From Chromatiales bacterium (GTDB lineage Bacteria > Pseudomonadota > Gammaproteobacteria > JAJPIJ01): a stretch of 64,000 bases of DNA. The position numbers and the translations under genes are program-made. The stretch is taken from the NCBI GenBank assembly GCA_052388435.1, contig JBQTIC010000047.1, positions 36,027-100,026 of the forward strand. Direction: 5' to 3'. The notes beneath the pieces are model-generated. The model had not been told where the DNA came from and did not search any database. It saw only the letters and a list, made by a program, of their open reading frames with translations. Numbering within the stretch: position 1 is the first letter of the stretch; each line of letters opens with the position of its first letter. This document shows positions 45,645 through 53,536 of this stretch, one piece after another.

Positions 45645-46394
45645 TCAGTTCGACATGCGCAGGCGTGGCCAGACTTCGACCTCGGCCACGCGTATCGTGC
45701 TTTCCAGCAGCTCATCGAGACCGCGCCCCAGAAGATAATACGGGACCGAGAGCAGTATGCCGGTCACCAGGCTTACCAGCGTCGTGTTCAATGCCGTGCT
45801 CATACCAAAGCTCATCTGTTTAAGCACGCGCTGCATCATGCTGGCGTCGAGCAACTCCTGCTGCGAGACCGACCCCAGCATCATGATGAAGCCGATCAAG
45901 GTGCCGAGGAAGCCCACCTTGAGCATCAAATCGATAACGAACCAGCCGAACTCATGCGCGCTGCGAACCTCGGAGGCGTAGGCCTCGAGTATATCGGTCC
46001 TGCCTTCCGTGGCTTTTTCCGCCAACTCCTCCGCCTGCCTGGTCCTGACCAGATCGACGATGTAACGGGAGATGAAGCCGTCGGGCAAAAATTGCCCGTG
46101 TAGTGTCTGCACGCGCCCGTCGCGGATCTCCATGCGCTCGTCACGAAGCTGCGCGTCCAACATGGCCTGGGTTCGGGCAACCAGATTGAGCTCGCGCGAC
46201 AGGTACCAGGTTCGCCATAGGGAATGCGCCAGTCCGACGACATAGATGGCGATAACGACCAGGCAGATCATGCTGCGGTCGGTTTCGATCATGACCTGGA
46301 TCAGACCCGTGTCGAGACAGACCACAGTGCCGAAAACGATGAGCCCCACCGTCAACAGCCAGGTGAGCAGAAGGAAGTGCTCCGTGTTTTTCAT
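45645..46394 (-). CDS. MotA/TolQ/ExbB proton-channel family protein
   Basis: Four TMs; C-terminal hairpin GFLGTLIGF..GMSTALNTTLVSL. Confidence 0.85.
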   Translation of the reverse strand: MKNTEHFLLLTWLLTVGLIVFGTVVCLDTGLIQVMIETDRSMICLVVIAIYVVGLAHSLWRTWYLSRELNLVARTQAMLDAQLRDERMEIRDGRVQTLHGQFLPDGFISRYIVDLVRTRQAEELAEKATEGRTDILEAYASEVRSAHEFGWFVIDLMLKVGFLGTLIGFIMMLGSVSQQELLDASMMQRVLKQMSFGMSTALNTTLVSLVTGILLSVPYYLLGRGLDELLESTIRVAEVEVWPRLRMSN

Positions 46395-46506
46395 CGGGGA
46401 ACGCCGCGTTCGGGTGGTTCGGAGACGGGTTGAAGCGCCTGCCAGTATACACGCACGGTCACGGGGTGCCGCAAGCTTGCCGACCGGACGAGGCGGGGAG
46501 CAGCAT

Positions 46507-46680
46507 TAAGGAACCTCTGATTAAGTCAGAGGTTCCTGCGGCACAGGGATGCGCCGCCATCTTCGACGGCGGCAACCCGTTGAAGATGAAGCAAAGCAAA
46601 AACCACGCTTTTTGCTTTGCGGGCTCTGAGAAGTCGCTTCCTTAAAACCAGACGATTAAATCATCGCACGGCCTTGAGCA
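46507..46680. repeat. palindrome-rich intergenic element (MITE/REP-like remnant)
   Basis: AGGAACCTCTGA-5-TCAGAGGTTCCT (46509-46537), GCCGCC/GGCGGC, GCAAAGCAAAAA-6-TTTTTGCTTTGC (46591-46620). Confidence 0.6.
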
Positions 46681-46777
46681 TCAAGGTCCTTGGAAGGCGC
46701 TCCCAGTCGAGCGCCTCGCTGCGATCTGCAAAGGCCCGGACCGAAGGCATGGCCGAGAATGGCTTTTAACTGCGCGC

Positions 46778-47851
46778 TCACACCTTGGCTTCCCGTTCGA
46801 GCAGAGCGCGCTTTCGTTCCACGCCCCACCGATAGCCGGACAGTGCGCCATCGATTCTTACCACGCGATGGCAGGGTATCGCTACCGCCAGCGTGTTCGC
46901 TGCGCAGGCCTGCGCCACCGCCCGAACGGATTTCGGTGAACCGATCCGTTTCGCAATTTCCGTGTAGCTTGCCGTCGAACCAGCCGGGATTTCTCGCAAT
47001 GCCTGCCAGACGCGCTGCTGAAACGCCGTGCCGCGAACATCAAGTGGCAGCTCGAGACTTAAAACAGGGGCTTCGACGAAGCCCACCACTTTGGCAACGA
47101 GTTGCTCGAACCCTTCGTCAGCTCCGATTAGGTTGGCGCGCGGAAATCGGTCCTGCAAGTCGCGCACGAGCGCATCGGGATCATCGCCCAGAAGTATGGC
47201 GCAAACACCCCTTTCGCTCTGGGCTACCAGGATAGACCCAAGCGAGCATTCGCCGATGGCGAATCGTATTTTTCTATTGGCGCCTCCCGCGCGGTAGTCG
47301 CTCGGCGTCATCCCCAGTACCTGGTCTGATGTTTCGTAAAACCGTCCGCTGGAGTTGAACCCGGCGTCATAGACCGCCTCCGTCACCGTGCTGCTCCGAC
47401 CCAGTTTGTCTCGGATTCGTTTGGCGCGATGAGCAGCGGCGTAGACCCTCGGGGTAAGACCCGTGATGGCTTTGAAGACGCGATGAAAATGGAAGGTGCT
47501 CAGCCCTGCCCTTCTCGCCAGCGCGCCGAGGGTTGGAATTCTTTCGGCGCCTTCGATGAGTCGGCAGATGTGGGCCACCTTCATCGCATGTTGCTCGACC
47601 AACGGAGGCTGCTCAGGCCTGCAGCGCTTGCAAGGGCGAAAGCCCTCCTGCTCGGCATCGGCGCAGGTGGCGTGAAACTGGACGTTCTCAGGCTTTGCAA
47701 GGCGGGACCCGCAAGACGGGCGGCAATATACGCCGGTAGTCTTGACCGAATAATAGAATGTGCCGTCCGCCTCGCGGTCACGAGCGACGATGGCCGCCCA
47801 GCGAGGGTCTTTCTCAGTTGCGGGCTTCTTGGTGTTCGGAGAGGCGTTCAT
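46778..47851 (-). CDS. ada: bifunctional transcriptional activator / O6-methylguanine-DNA methyltransferase
   Basis: TTGVYCRPSC, FRPCKRC, AraC-type HTH, IPCHRV. Confidence 0.97.
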   Translation of the reverse strand: MNASPNTKKPATEKDPRWAAIVARDREADGTFYYSVKTTGVYCRPSCGSRLAKPENVQFHATCADAEQEGFRPCKRCRPEQPPLVEQHAMKVAHICRLIEGAERIPTLGALARRAGLSTFHFHRVFKAITGLTPRVYAAAHRAKRIRDKLGRSSTVTEAVYDAGFNSSGRFYETSDQVLGMTPSDYRAGGANRKIRFAIGECSLGSILVAQSERGVCAILLGDDPDALVRDLQDRFPRANLIGADEGFEQLVAKVVGFVEAPVLSLELPLDVRGTAFQQRVWQALREIPAGSTASYTEIAKRIGSPKSVRAVAQACAANTLAVAIPCHRVVRIDGALSGYRWGVERKRALLEREAKV

Positions 47852-47908
47852 ATGCTGTCCTCGGGTTACACAAGGTCAGTGCAACTTAGCAACCGTTGCG
47901 AAACCTTA

Positions 47909-47932
47909 CACTCCGAGGCTTGCTTTTAAATT
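47909..47932 (-). promoter_or_regulatory. Ada box upstream of ada
   Basis: Minus strand AATTTAAAAGCAA fits AAT-N6-GCAA. Confidence 0.75.
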
Positions 47933-48131
47933 CGAAAATTACAAATGTTCGTACTTTCAGCGGTCGCAACAAATGTCACTGTTTAATTGCGCCGATCACG
48001 CCATAATCTTCAACTTATCAACGACATACAAACGGCAGACGCGTCTTACGATGTCGCAGGATGTGTCGCCCTGGGCTGTCTATAAGGGCAAAAACCGGCG
48101 AGCAATTCGGACGCAACTGAGCAGCCCTTGG

Positions 48132-48155
48132 AATTTGAAGGCAAGACTCGGAGTG
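48132..48155 (+). promoter_or_regulatory. second, divergent Ada box
   Basis: AATTTGAAGGCAAGACTCGGAGTG, 21/24 identical to the ada-proximal site. Confidence 0.65.
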
Positions 48156-48346
48156 CGATGCGTAAGCTCGATTGGTAGATCGCACTTGTCAGGCTGCGAC
48201 GACGAAACCGTGGGGCAACGCCTGTGCACGCTCCCCCGGTCGGCCCGATCCGGATTATATGAAGTATATACCCTGCCTCTGGAAGGCGATGTTGGAAATA
48301 CCTGGGATACGCGGTCGTGCTGGGGCTCCCTCATCCGCGGCTGGCG

Positions 48347-48862
48347 TCAGTGCGACTTGGCCGCATCTCTCGCAGTGCTGACAGTCGAGGCGTTCTTTTC
48401 GATGGCGAAGGCCATGATCTCGCGCATCACAGCGTTCATACGGTGTGCGAAGGCGTTGACGCGCAGGTCGGGGTGATCCTCGGGCAGCAAAATGAGGCTG
48501 ATGACGGTCTTCCCGTCTTGTACATGTACCGTGATCCGACAGGGCATCATCGCCACGTAGCCCGGGTCGATCTCAAGCACCTCGCGGACATATTCGAGAC
48601 TGCAGAAGTGGATAACGAGCACGTCCGGGAAGTCCTTATAGCCCCGCTCCCGCAATCCCTTGCCAACAGCGTTTTCGCCGGTGATGCGGAAGTTATGTTC
48701 ACTGATGGCGAATTCCAGTTCATCGACGACGTCCTGGAACGACTTCTCCGTCGTCGTCCGGACGATAAGGTCCGCATAGGAGGTGGCGGCGGGACGCTCG
48801 GAGCAGGCAGCGAGCAGCATCCAGGCTGCTGTCAGCAGCACCACCGAAACGCCGCGAATCAT
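48347..48862 (-). CDS. DUF302-like lipoprotein
   Basis: Lipobox LLAAC; HFC..MMPCRITV pattern; ATGA overlap with the upstream gene. Confidence 0.75.
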   Translation of the reverse strand: MIRGVSVVLLTAAWMLLAACSERPAATSYADLIVRTTTEKSFQDVVDELEFAISEHNFRITGENAVGKGLRERGYKDFPDVLVIHFCSLEYVREVLEIDPGYVAMMPCRITVHVQDGKTVISLILLPEDHPDLRVNAFAHRMNAVMREIMAFAIEKNASTVSTARDAAKSH

Positions 48863-49455
48863 TCGACGATCACGACCCTGGTGCCGATGCTGACGTAGCG
48901 GCGCAGTTCCTCGGCCTGTTCGTTGGTCAGGGCGATGCACCCTTCGGTCCAGTCGATCTTCGTATGCTTGCCGAGCCGCTCGGTGCTCTGCGCGCCAAGC
49001 CCGTGTATGCCGATGGAACCGCCGAGCGGCGTGTCCTGCGGCGGAACGCCGTTGGCGTGGCTGGCCTGAACAATCGCGTCGAACTGGCTGCGGTTGATGC
49101 GGTGGTTCTTCAGGCCCCAGAACGCATCCTTGGCGTTGGGATAGTTCAGTTGCATGAACAGATGGAAGTTTTCGCTGTCCTTAAATTGCACGATGCGGTA
49201 AATTCCGACCGGCGTTTTGTGGTCGCCCAGCTTCTGCTTGTCGCCTTTCCCGCCGCGGCCGGAGGAGACGCGGAAGGACTTTTCGACTTTGTCGCCGCTC
49301 TTGACCAGCAGCAGACGCTTGGACTTGATGACTTCGATTTCATAATGTGCGGTCGCCCCGGCGGCGGAGGGCGCGGTACCGACCAGGAGCGCAAACGCGA
49401 TGCAGGACAATGGGACGCGCAAGTGGCGGATCAATACCGTCGACGAGTGGCCCAT
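48859..49455 (-). CDS. L,D-transpeptidase (YkuD) family protein
   Basis: KQKLGDHKTPVG.Y, LNYPN, IGIHG..WTEGCIAL. Confidence 0.9.
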   Translation of the reverse strand: MGHSSTVLIRHLRVPLSCIAFALLVGTAPSAAGATAHYEIEVIKSKRLLLVKSGDKVEKSFRVSSGRGGKGDKQKLGDHKTPVGIYRIVQFKDSENFHLFMQLNYPNAKDAFWGLKNHRINRSQFDAIVQASHANGVPPQDTPLGGSIGIHGLGAQSTERLGKHTKIDWTEGCIALTNEQAEELRRYVSIGTRVVIVE

Positions 49456-49610
49456 AGTTACAATGTATTTTTCAATGTGTTAACCGACAATATTAAAGCA
49501 TTACGTGGCTCCATGTTAACGCAACTTCATGGGCGCGGACAGCCCCGGCCAGCGGTAGCGCCACAGGTTCTCTTCTGCGGCCATACCGGCAGGCAGCGTG
49601 GATCCCGCGC

Positions 49611-50186
49611 ATGAATGACAGAACTGCCGCAGTGGCGGTCGCTGCCGCCAGGTCCGCGCAGCGCTACACCCTTCCCGCGATCGGGCTGCACTGGATCACA
49701 GCGGTGCTGGTCTTCATCCTGTTTCCACTCGGTTGGTACATGGTCGATCTGCCGCCCGGGCCGGAGCGGGGTGCCAACTTCGCCCTTCATAAGACGCTGG
49801 GCATCACGGTGTTTCTGCTCACGCTGCTGCGGCTGGCCTGGCGGCTTCGCAATCCGGCGCCGCCGTTGCCGGATTACCTGCCCGCCTGGCAGAATCGCCT
49901 GGCGTACGCGGTTCACAAGCTCTTCTACGTTTTGCTCATCATCCATCCGCTGGCGGGTTATACCTCCTCCCAGTTCAGCGGCCATACGACCAAGTATCTC
50001 GGCATTCAACTGCCGCAATGGGGCTGGGAGGACAAGGCCATCAACGAATTCTTCACCGAGATACATACGGCTACCTCGCTTTGCCTGTTGCTGCTCGTGC
50101 TTTGTCACCTCGCCGGGGCCTTCGGTCATATCCTCAAGCGCGGTGATCGTCTCGCAAGGCGTATGCTGCCGTGGGGACGGCTGTGA
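49611..50186 (+). CDS. cytochrome b561
   Basis: LHWITA, LHKTLG, RLAWR, VHKLFY, two further TM His, RRM. Confidence 0.92.
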   Translation: MNDRTAAVAVAAARSAQRYTLPAIGLHWITAVLVFILFPLGWYMVDLPPGPERGANFALHKTLGITVFLLTLLRLAWRLRNPAPPLPDYLPAWQNRLAYAVHKLFYVLLIIHPLAGYTSSQFSGHTTKYLGIQLPQWGWEDKAINEFFTEIHTATSLCLLLLVLCHLAGAFGHILKRGDRLARRMLPWGRL

Positions 50187-50212
50187 GGGTGGTCGTGGAC
50201 GAACCCGATCCG

Positions 50213-50728
50213 ATGGCCGATGAGAGGCCTTTTCCTCTGCAACCCTGCAGGGGCTGCGGGGGTATGGTCCCGGTGGTTGACGCGCCGACGCCTCCCGACA
50301 TCAACACCGCCGCCGGTTGCTGGGCGCTGTACAAGAGAGTGCTCGGCTGTGAGTACGGCCAGTGGAGTTATCCGCAGTTGCACAGGCTCACGATGGATGC
50401 ATACGCCGCGCAGCACCCAGGGGGACACTCGCCGGAGGCCATTCGCTCGCTTGGTTCTCATCTGGTGGGACTGTGCGCGGCGGTTGCTCTCGGCCAGGAT
50501 GCCACCCGGTCGAACTGGGTGGTCGATCGGGTTGCGGCAGAATTTGGCGGCTTCGAGTGGCTGGAGCCGCCATGCACCGGAGGAATCATGACGATCGCCG
50601 ACGTTGCGGCCGCCCAGTCTATGCACGAGCGCGAACGTTTGGTGCGCGACTGGGGGCGCGACGTCTGGGACTGGTGGGCGCCGCATCACGCCACGATCCG
50701 GCGTTGGCTGGATCGGATCTGCGCATAG
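50213..50728 (+). CDS. DUF5946-like hypothetical protein
   Basis: CRGCG, GCWALY, HRLTMDAYAAQHPG, HLVGLC, W..VW..W..HH. Confidence 0.65.
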   Translation: MADERPFPLQPCRGCGGMVPVVDAPTPPDINTAAGCWALYKRVLGCEYGQWSYPQLHRLTMDAYAAQHPGGHSPEAIRSLGSHLVGLCAAVALGQDATRSNWVVDRVAAEFGGFEWLEPPCTGGIMTIADVAAAQSMHERERLVRDWGRDVWDWWAPHHATIRRWLDRICA

Positions 50729-50760
50729 CGTTAGCGAGTGAGCGGGCGGATTCTTCGCCG

Positions 50761-51292
50761 CGCGACATCATTCTGGCGGCGTTGTCCGCTGTCGGGTTTC
50801 TCGCAATGATCGCGTTGACCGGCGCATCGGAGCAGCACTAGCCGGCACAGTCAAGCACGCCTCTGACCTGCGCTCTGTCTGTACGATACGCGCAGTCATT
50901 GACGGCGACACGGTACTCTGCCGCGAGGGCAAGGCGCGCGTCCGGCTGCTCTGCATCGATGCGCCCGAGCTCGACCAGGGGGCGCCCGGTCATCAGGCGG
51001 CACGGTACCTCAGGCGCCTCATCCCCGCGGGGCAAACCGTCAGGCTCGAATTCGACAGACAGACGCGTGACCGCTCCTTGCCTACGTTTGGCTGCAAGAC
51101 GGCCGCATGGCCAACGAAGAGATGGCGCGCGACGGATACGCTGTTGCGTTTGTCCTGGGGCCCAACCTCAAATACCGCGGCCGCATCCGTGCCGCTCACG
51201 CCGACGCGAAACGGCGGGGCGCGGGTCTGTGGCACGACGGCGGCGCCCTCACCTGTCCCCCGCTTGCCTTCCGCTACGGGCGCTGCCTGTAA
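50761..51292 (+). pseudogene. thermonuclease (SNase-like), frameshifted
   Basis: VIDGDT..VRLLCIDAPE..RD, then a shifted frame LLAYVW..NEEMARDGYA..AK..GAGLW; YGR missing at ~51073. Confidence 0.8.
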
Positions 51293-51318
51293 GGACGCCA
51301 CCACGGCGGTCGCTGTCA

Positions 51319-52125
51319 TTACGCTTCTCGCGCGCCGCTCAGAACCTTGGCGAGCTTCTCGAACACCGGCGCTTGTGAGAAGCGCAGGCACGCCACCATA
51401 AGGCCGATGATGATGAAGCCCATCAGCACGGCGAGATCAATACCTACCGTCAGGTCCGCACCGAAGCGTTCGGGCGCGTCGCGCAGCAGGGCATGTTTCA
51501 TCAGGTCCACGCCGTAGCTGAAGGGATTCACCAACGCGACCACCTTGAGGTAGCTCGGCAGGTGCTGGATCGGATAGAGGGCGCCGCTCAGGAAGAACAT
51601 TGGAAAGATCACGAAGTTCATGATCACGGCGAAGTTATCGAGGGTGCGGCTGTAGACGGCGATCAGCATGCCGGTCGCCGCGCAGGTGAACGCGGTGATC
51701 ACCAGCGCGACGAGGAAGAGGCCGGAATGGGCCGGCATGCTGAAATAACCGATGAGAGCCAGGATGACGATCAGCATCAATGCCTGCGCCATGCCGGCGA
51801 TGGCTGCACTCACTGTCCGCGCCAGAATAATCCAGTAGTGCGGGAAGGGGGCGATGATGAGCATCCGCATCACGCCGGACTCCTTGTCGTAGACCAGCGA
51901 GAGCGAGGCCAGCATGGCGCCGAAGAGCAGAACCATGCAGAGCAGACCCGGCACCATGAATTGTTTGTATTCACCGCCAGCCATGCCGGAGAGCATCGCC
52001 TGGAAGCCGCTGCCGATAATGAACAGCCAGATGAGCGGACGGACCATCGCCGAGACCAGACGGCCACGCTGCCGCACCATGCGCGTGAGTTCGCGCCCGA
52101 CAATCGCTGCCAGTGCGCGCGTCAT
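51319..52125 (-). CDS. ABC-2 permease, PQQ-alcohol-dehydrogenase-associated type
   Basis: REL.R..RQRGRLVSAMVRPLIWL, LSLVYDKESGVMR, FA..MNFVIFPMFFLSGALYP, NPFSY. Confidence 0.88.
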   Translation of the reverse strand: MTRALAAIVGRELTRMVRQRGRLVSAMVRPLIWLFIIGSGFQAMLSGMAGGEYKQFMVPGLLCMVLLFGAMLASLSLVYDKESGVMRMLIIAPFPHYWIILARTVSAAIAGMAQALMLIVILALIGYFSMPAHSGLFLVALVITAFTCAATGMLIAVYSRTLDNFAVIMNFVIFPMFFLSGALYPIQHLPSYLKVVALVNPFSYGVDLMKHALLRDAPERFGADLTVGIDLAVLMGFIIIGLMVACLRFSQAPVFEKLAKVLSGAREA

Positions 52126-53066
52126 GCCGCCTGCTCCATATCGGCAGTGCGGTTCAGCCAGATGTACACGTCATTGAGATCGGGACGGCGCAGGCTCAAG
52201 GCGCGCACGTCCGACTGCAGATCGCGCTGCAGGTTCACGACATTCGCGCGCTCGTCCTGCACCCGGAACTGTACGTGGCTGCCCTCGATGATCGCCTCCC
52301 CGAGCACGGGCTGGAGCTGCTCGGCGTGGGTAGCCGGCGCGTCGGAGTCGATGTCGAGAATGAATGCGCCGAGCGATGTTATGAGGTCCTGGGGCCGTCC
52401 GGAGCCGATGAACCGCCCGTTGCGCATGAAGGTCACGCGGTCGCAGTCCGCGGCCTCCTCGAGATAATGCGTGGTGAGCACGATGGTGATGCCGTGCTCG
52501 CCACGCAGCCGTTCGAGGAAGCGCCAGATGGCGCGGCGGTTGATGACGTCCAGGCCGATGGTCGGTTCATCCAGGAACAGGACCTGCGGGCGATGCAGCA
52601 CCCCGCGAGCGATGTCGAGCGCGCGGCGCATACCGCCGGACAGGGTGGCGACCGGCGCGTGCCGCCTCTCCCACAGACCGAACAGGCGCAGCAGTTCGTC
52701 GGTGCGCTCACGGATGACGGGGCCTGGCAGGTCGTGGAGCGCACCCGCAAAGCGCAGGTTCTCTTCAGCGCTCAGGCTGCGATCGAGGGCAGACTCCTGG
52801 AAGACCAGACCGATATGGCGACGCACCGTGACTGCCTCACGGAGCACATCGTGGCCGGCAACGCGCGCGGCCCCGGCGCTGGGTCGGACAAGGGTCGAGA
52901 GCATGTGGAGCGTGGTGGTCTTGCCGGAGCCATTGCGACCAAGCAGCCCGAAAAACTCTCCTTTTCGGATATTAAATGTCAGGCCAGCGACCGCCTGGTG
53001 CTGGCCGTAACTCTTGGTCAGATTGAGAGCCTGGATGGCCGACTGGCTTTCCGCGGGTTGGTCCAT
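52122..53066 (-). CDS. ABC transporter ATP-binding protein
   Basis: GRNGSGKTT, LSGGMRR, FLDEPTIGLD, TTHYLEEA. Confidence 0.93.
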   Translation of the reverse strand: MDQPAESQSAIQALNLTKSYGQHQAVAGLTFNIRKGEFFGLLGRNGSGKTTTLHMLSTLVRPSAGAARVAGHDVLREAVTVRRHIGLVFQESALDRSLSAEENLRFAGALHDLPGPVIRERTDELLRLFGLWERRHAPVATLSGGMRRALDIARGVLHRPQVLFLDEPTIGLDVINRRAIWRFLERLRGEHGITIVLTTHYLEEAADCDRVTFMRNGRFIGSGRPQDLITSLGAFILDIDSDAPATHAEQLQPVLGEAIIEGSHVQFRVQDERANVVNLQRDLQSDVRALSLRRPDLNDVYIWLNRTADMEQAA

Positions 53067-53130
53067 GGCGGCCGAGATTCTATCAGAACGGTACCGCTGG
53101 GCCGGTGCGCGCAGTAGCAAGGAAAGCCAG

Positions 53131-53160
53131 AAAAAGAAGAAGGGGCCTTGCGGCCCCTTC
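53131..53160 (-). terminator. intrinsic terminator after pqqA
   Basis: Minus strand GAAGGGGCC-GCAA-GGCCCCTTC followed by TTCTTTTT. Confidence 0.85.
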
Positions 53161-53186
53161 TCGGTATTGCTTGAACTCTCGGATCG

Positions 53187-53261
53187 TTATCGGTTGCTGA
53201 TGTACATCGTCACTTCGAAACCAAAACGGACATCGCTGTAAGCAGGAGTTTCCCAACGCAT
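53187..53261 (-). CDS. pqqA: coenzyme PQQ precursor peptide PqqA (24 aa; absent from ORF track)
   Basis: Manual translation MRWETPAYSDVRFGFEVTMYISNR with W..P..R.GFExxxY signature; RBS GGAGG at 53270-53274. Confidence 0.96.
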   Translation of the reverse strand: MRWETPAYSDVRFGFEVTMYISNR

Positions 53262-53315
53262 GATCGTTACCTCCACTGTTTAACGTTAACTAGAAATTCT
53301 TCAGGAAGAAGTGAA

Positions 53316-53332
53316 TGCAGCGCCTATGCCAG
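53316..53332 (-). promoter_or_regulatory. sigma54 (-24/-12) promoter of pqqA
   Basis: CTGGCATAGGCGCTGCA = GG-N10-GC; AT-rich tract at 53350-53400; adjacent NtrC-type activator. Confidence 0.75.
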
Positions 53333-53536
53333 ATAGCTAGTCAGCGTTGTGCTATTTAAATAACATATAGATAATAATAAGTTAGTATATATAATTCATG
53401 TCACTTATGGGTAAAGTAGACGCGTTTAGATGCCAGAGTGGCTACTCCCAACCAGCGGGATGGTTCTCGGCAACCGGCCAGACACGATTTCCATTGTCTT
53501 CCGGACAGAAAGATATGCAGCGGTATACTGGCGCGC

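Noticed and set aside
45006-46394. Zorya ZorAB or flagellar MotAB assignment
   Set aside because: No long ZorA tail, no OmpA-like peptidoglycan-binding domain in the partner, and no zorC/D/E or flagellar genes nearby
47760-48476. 238-aa and 84-aa ORFs across the ada upstream region
   Set aside because: No recognisable motifs; they overlap regulatory sites and real genes
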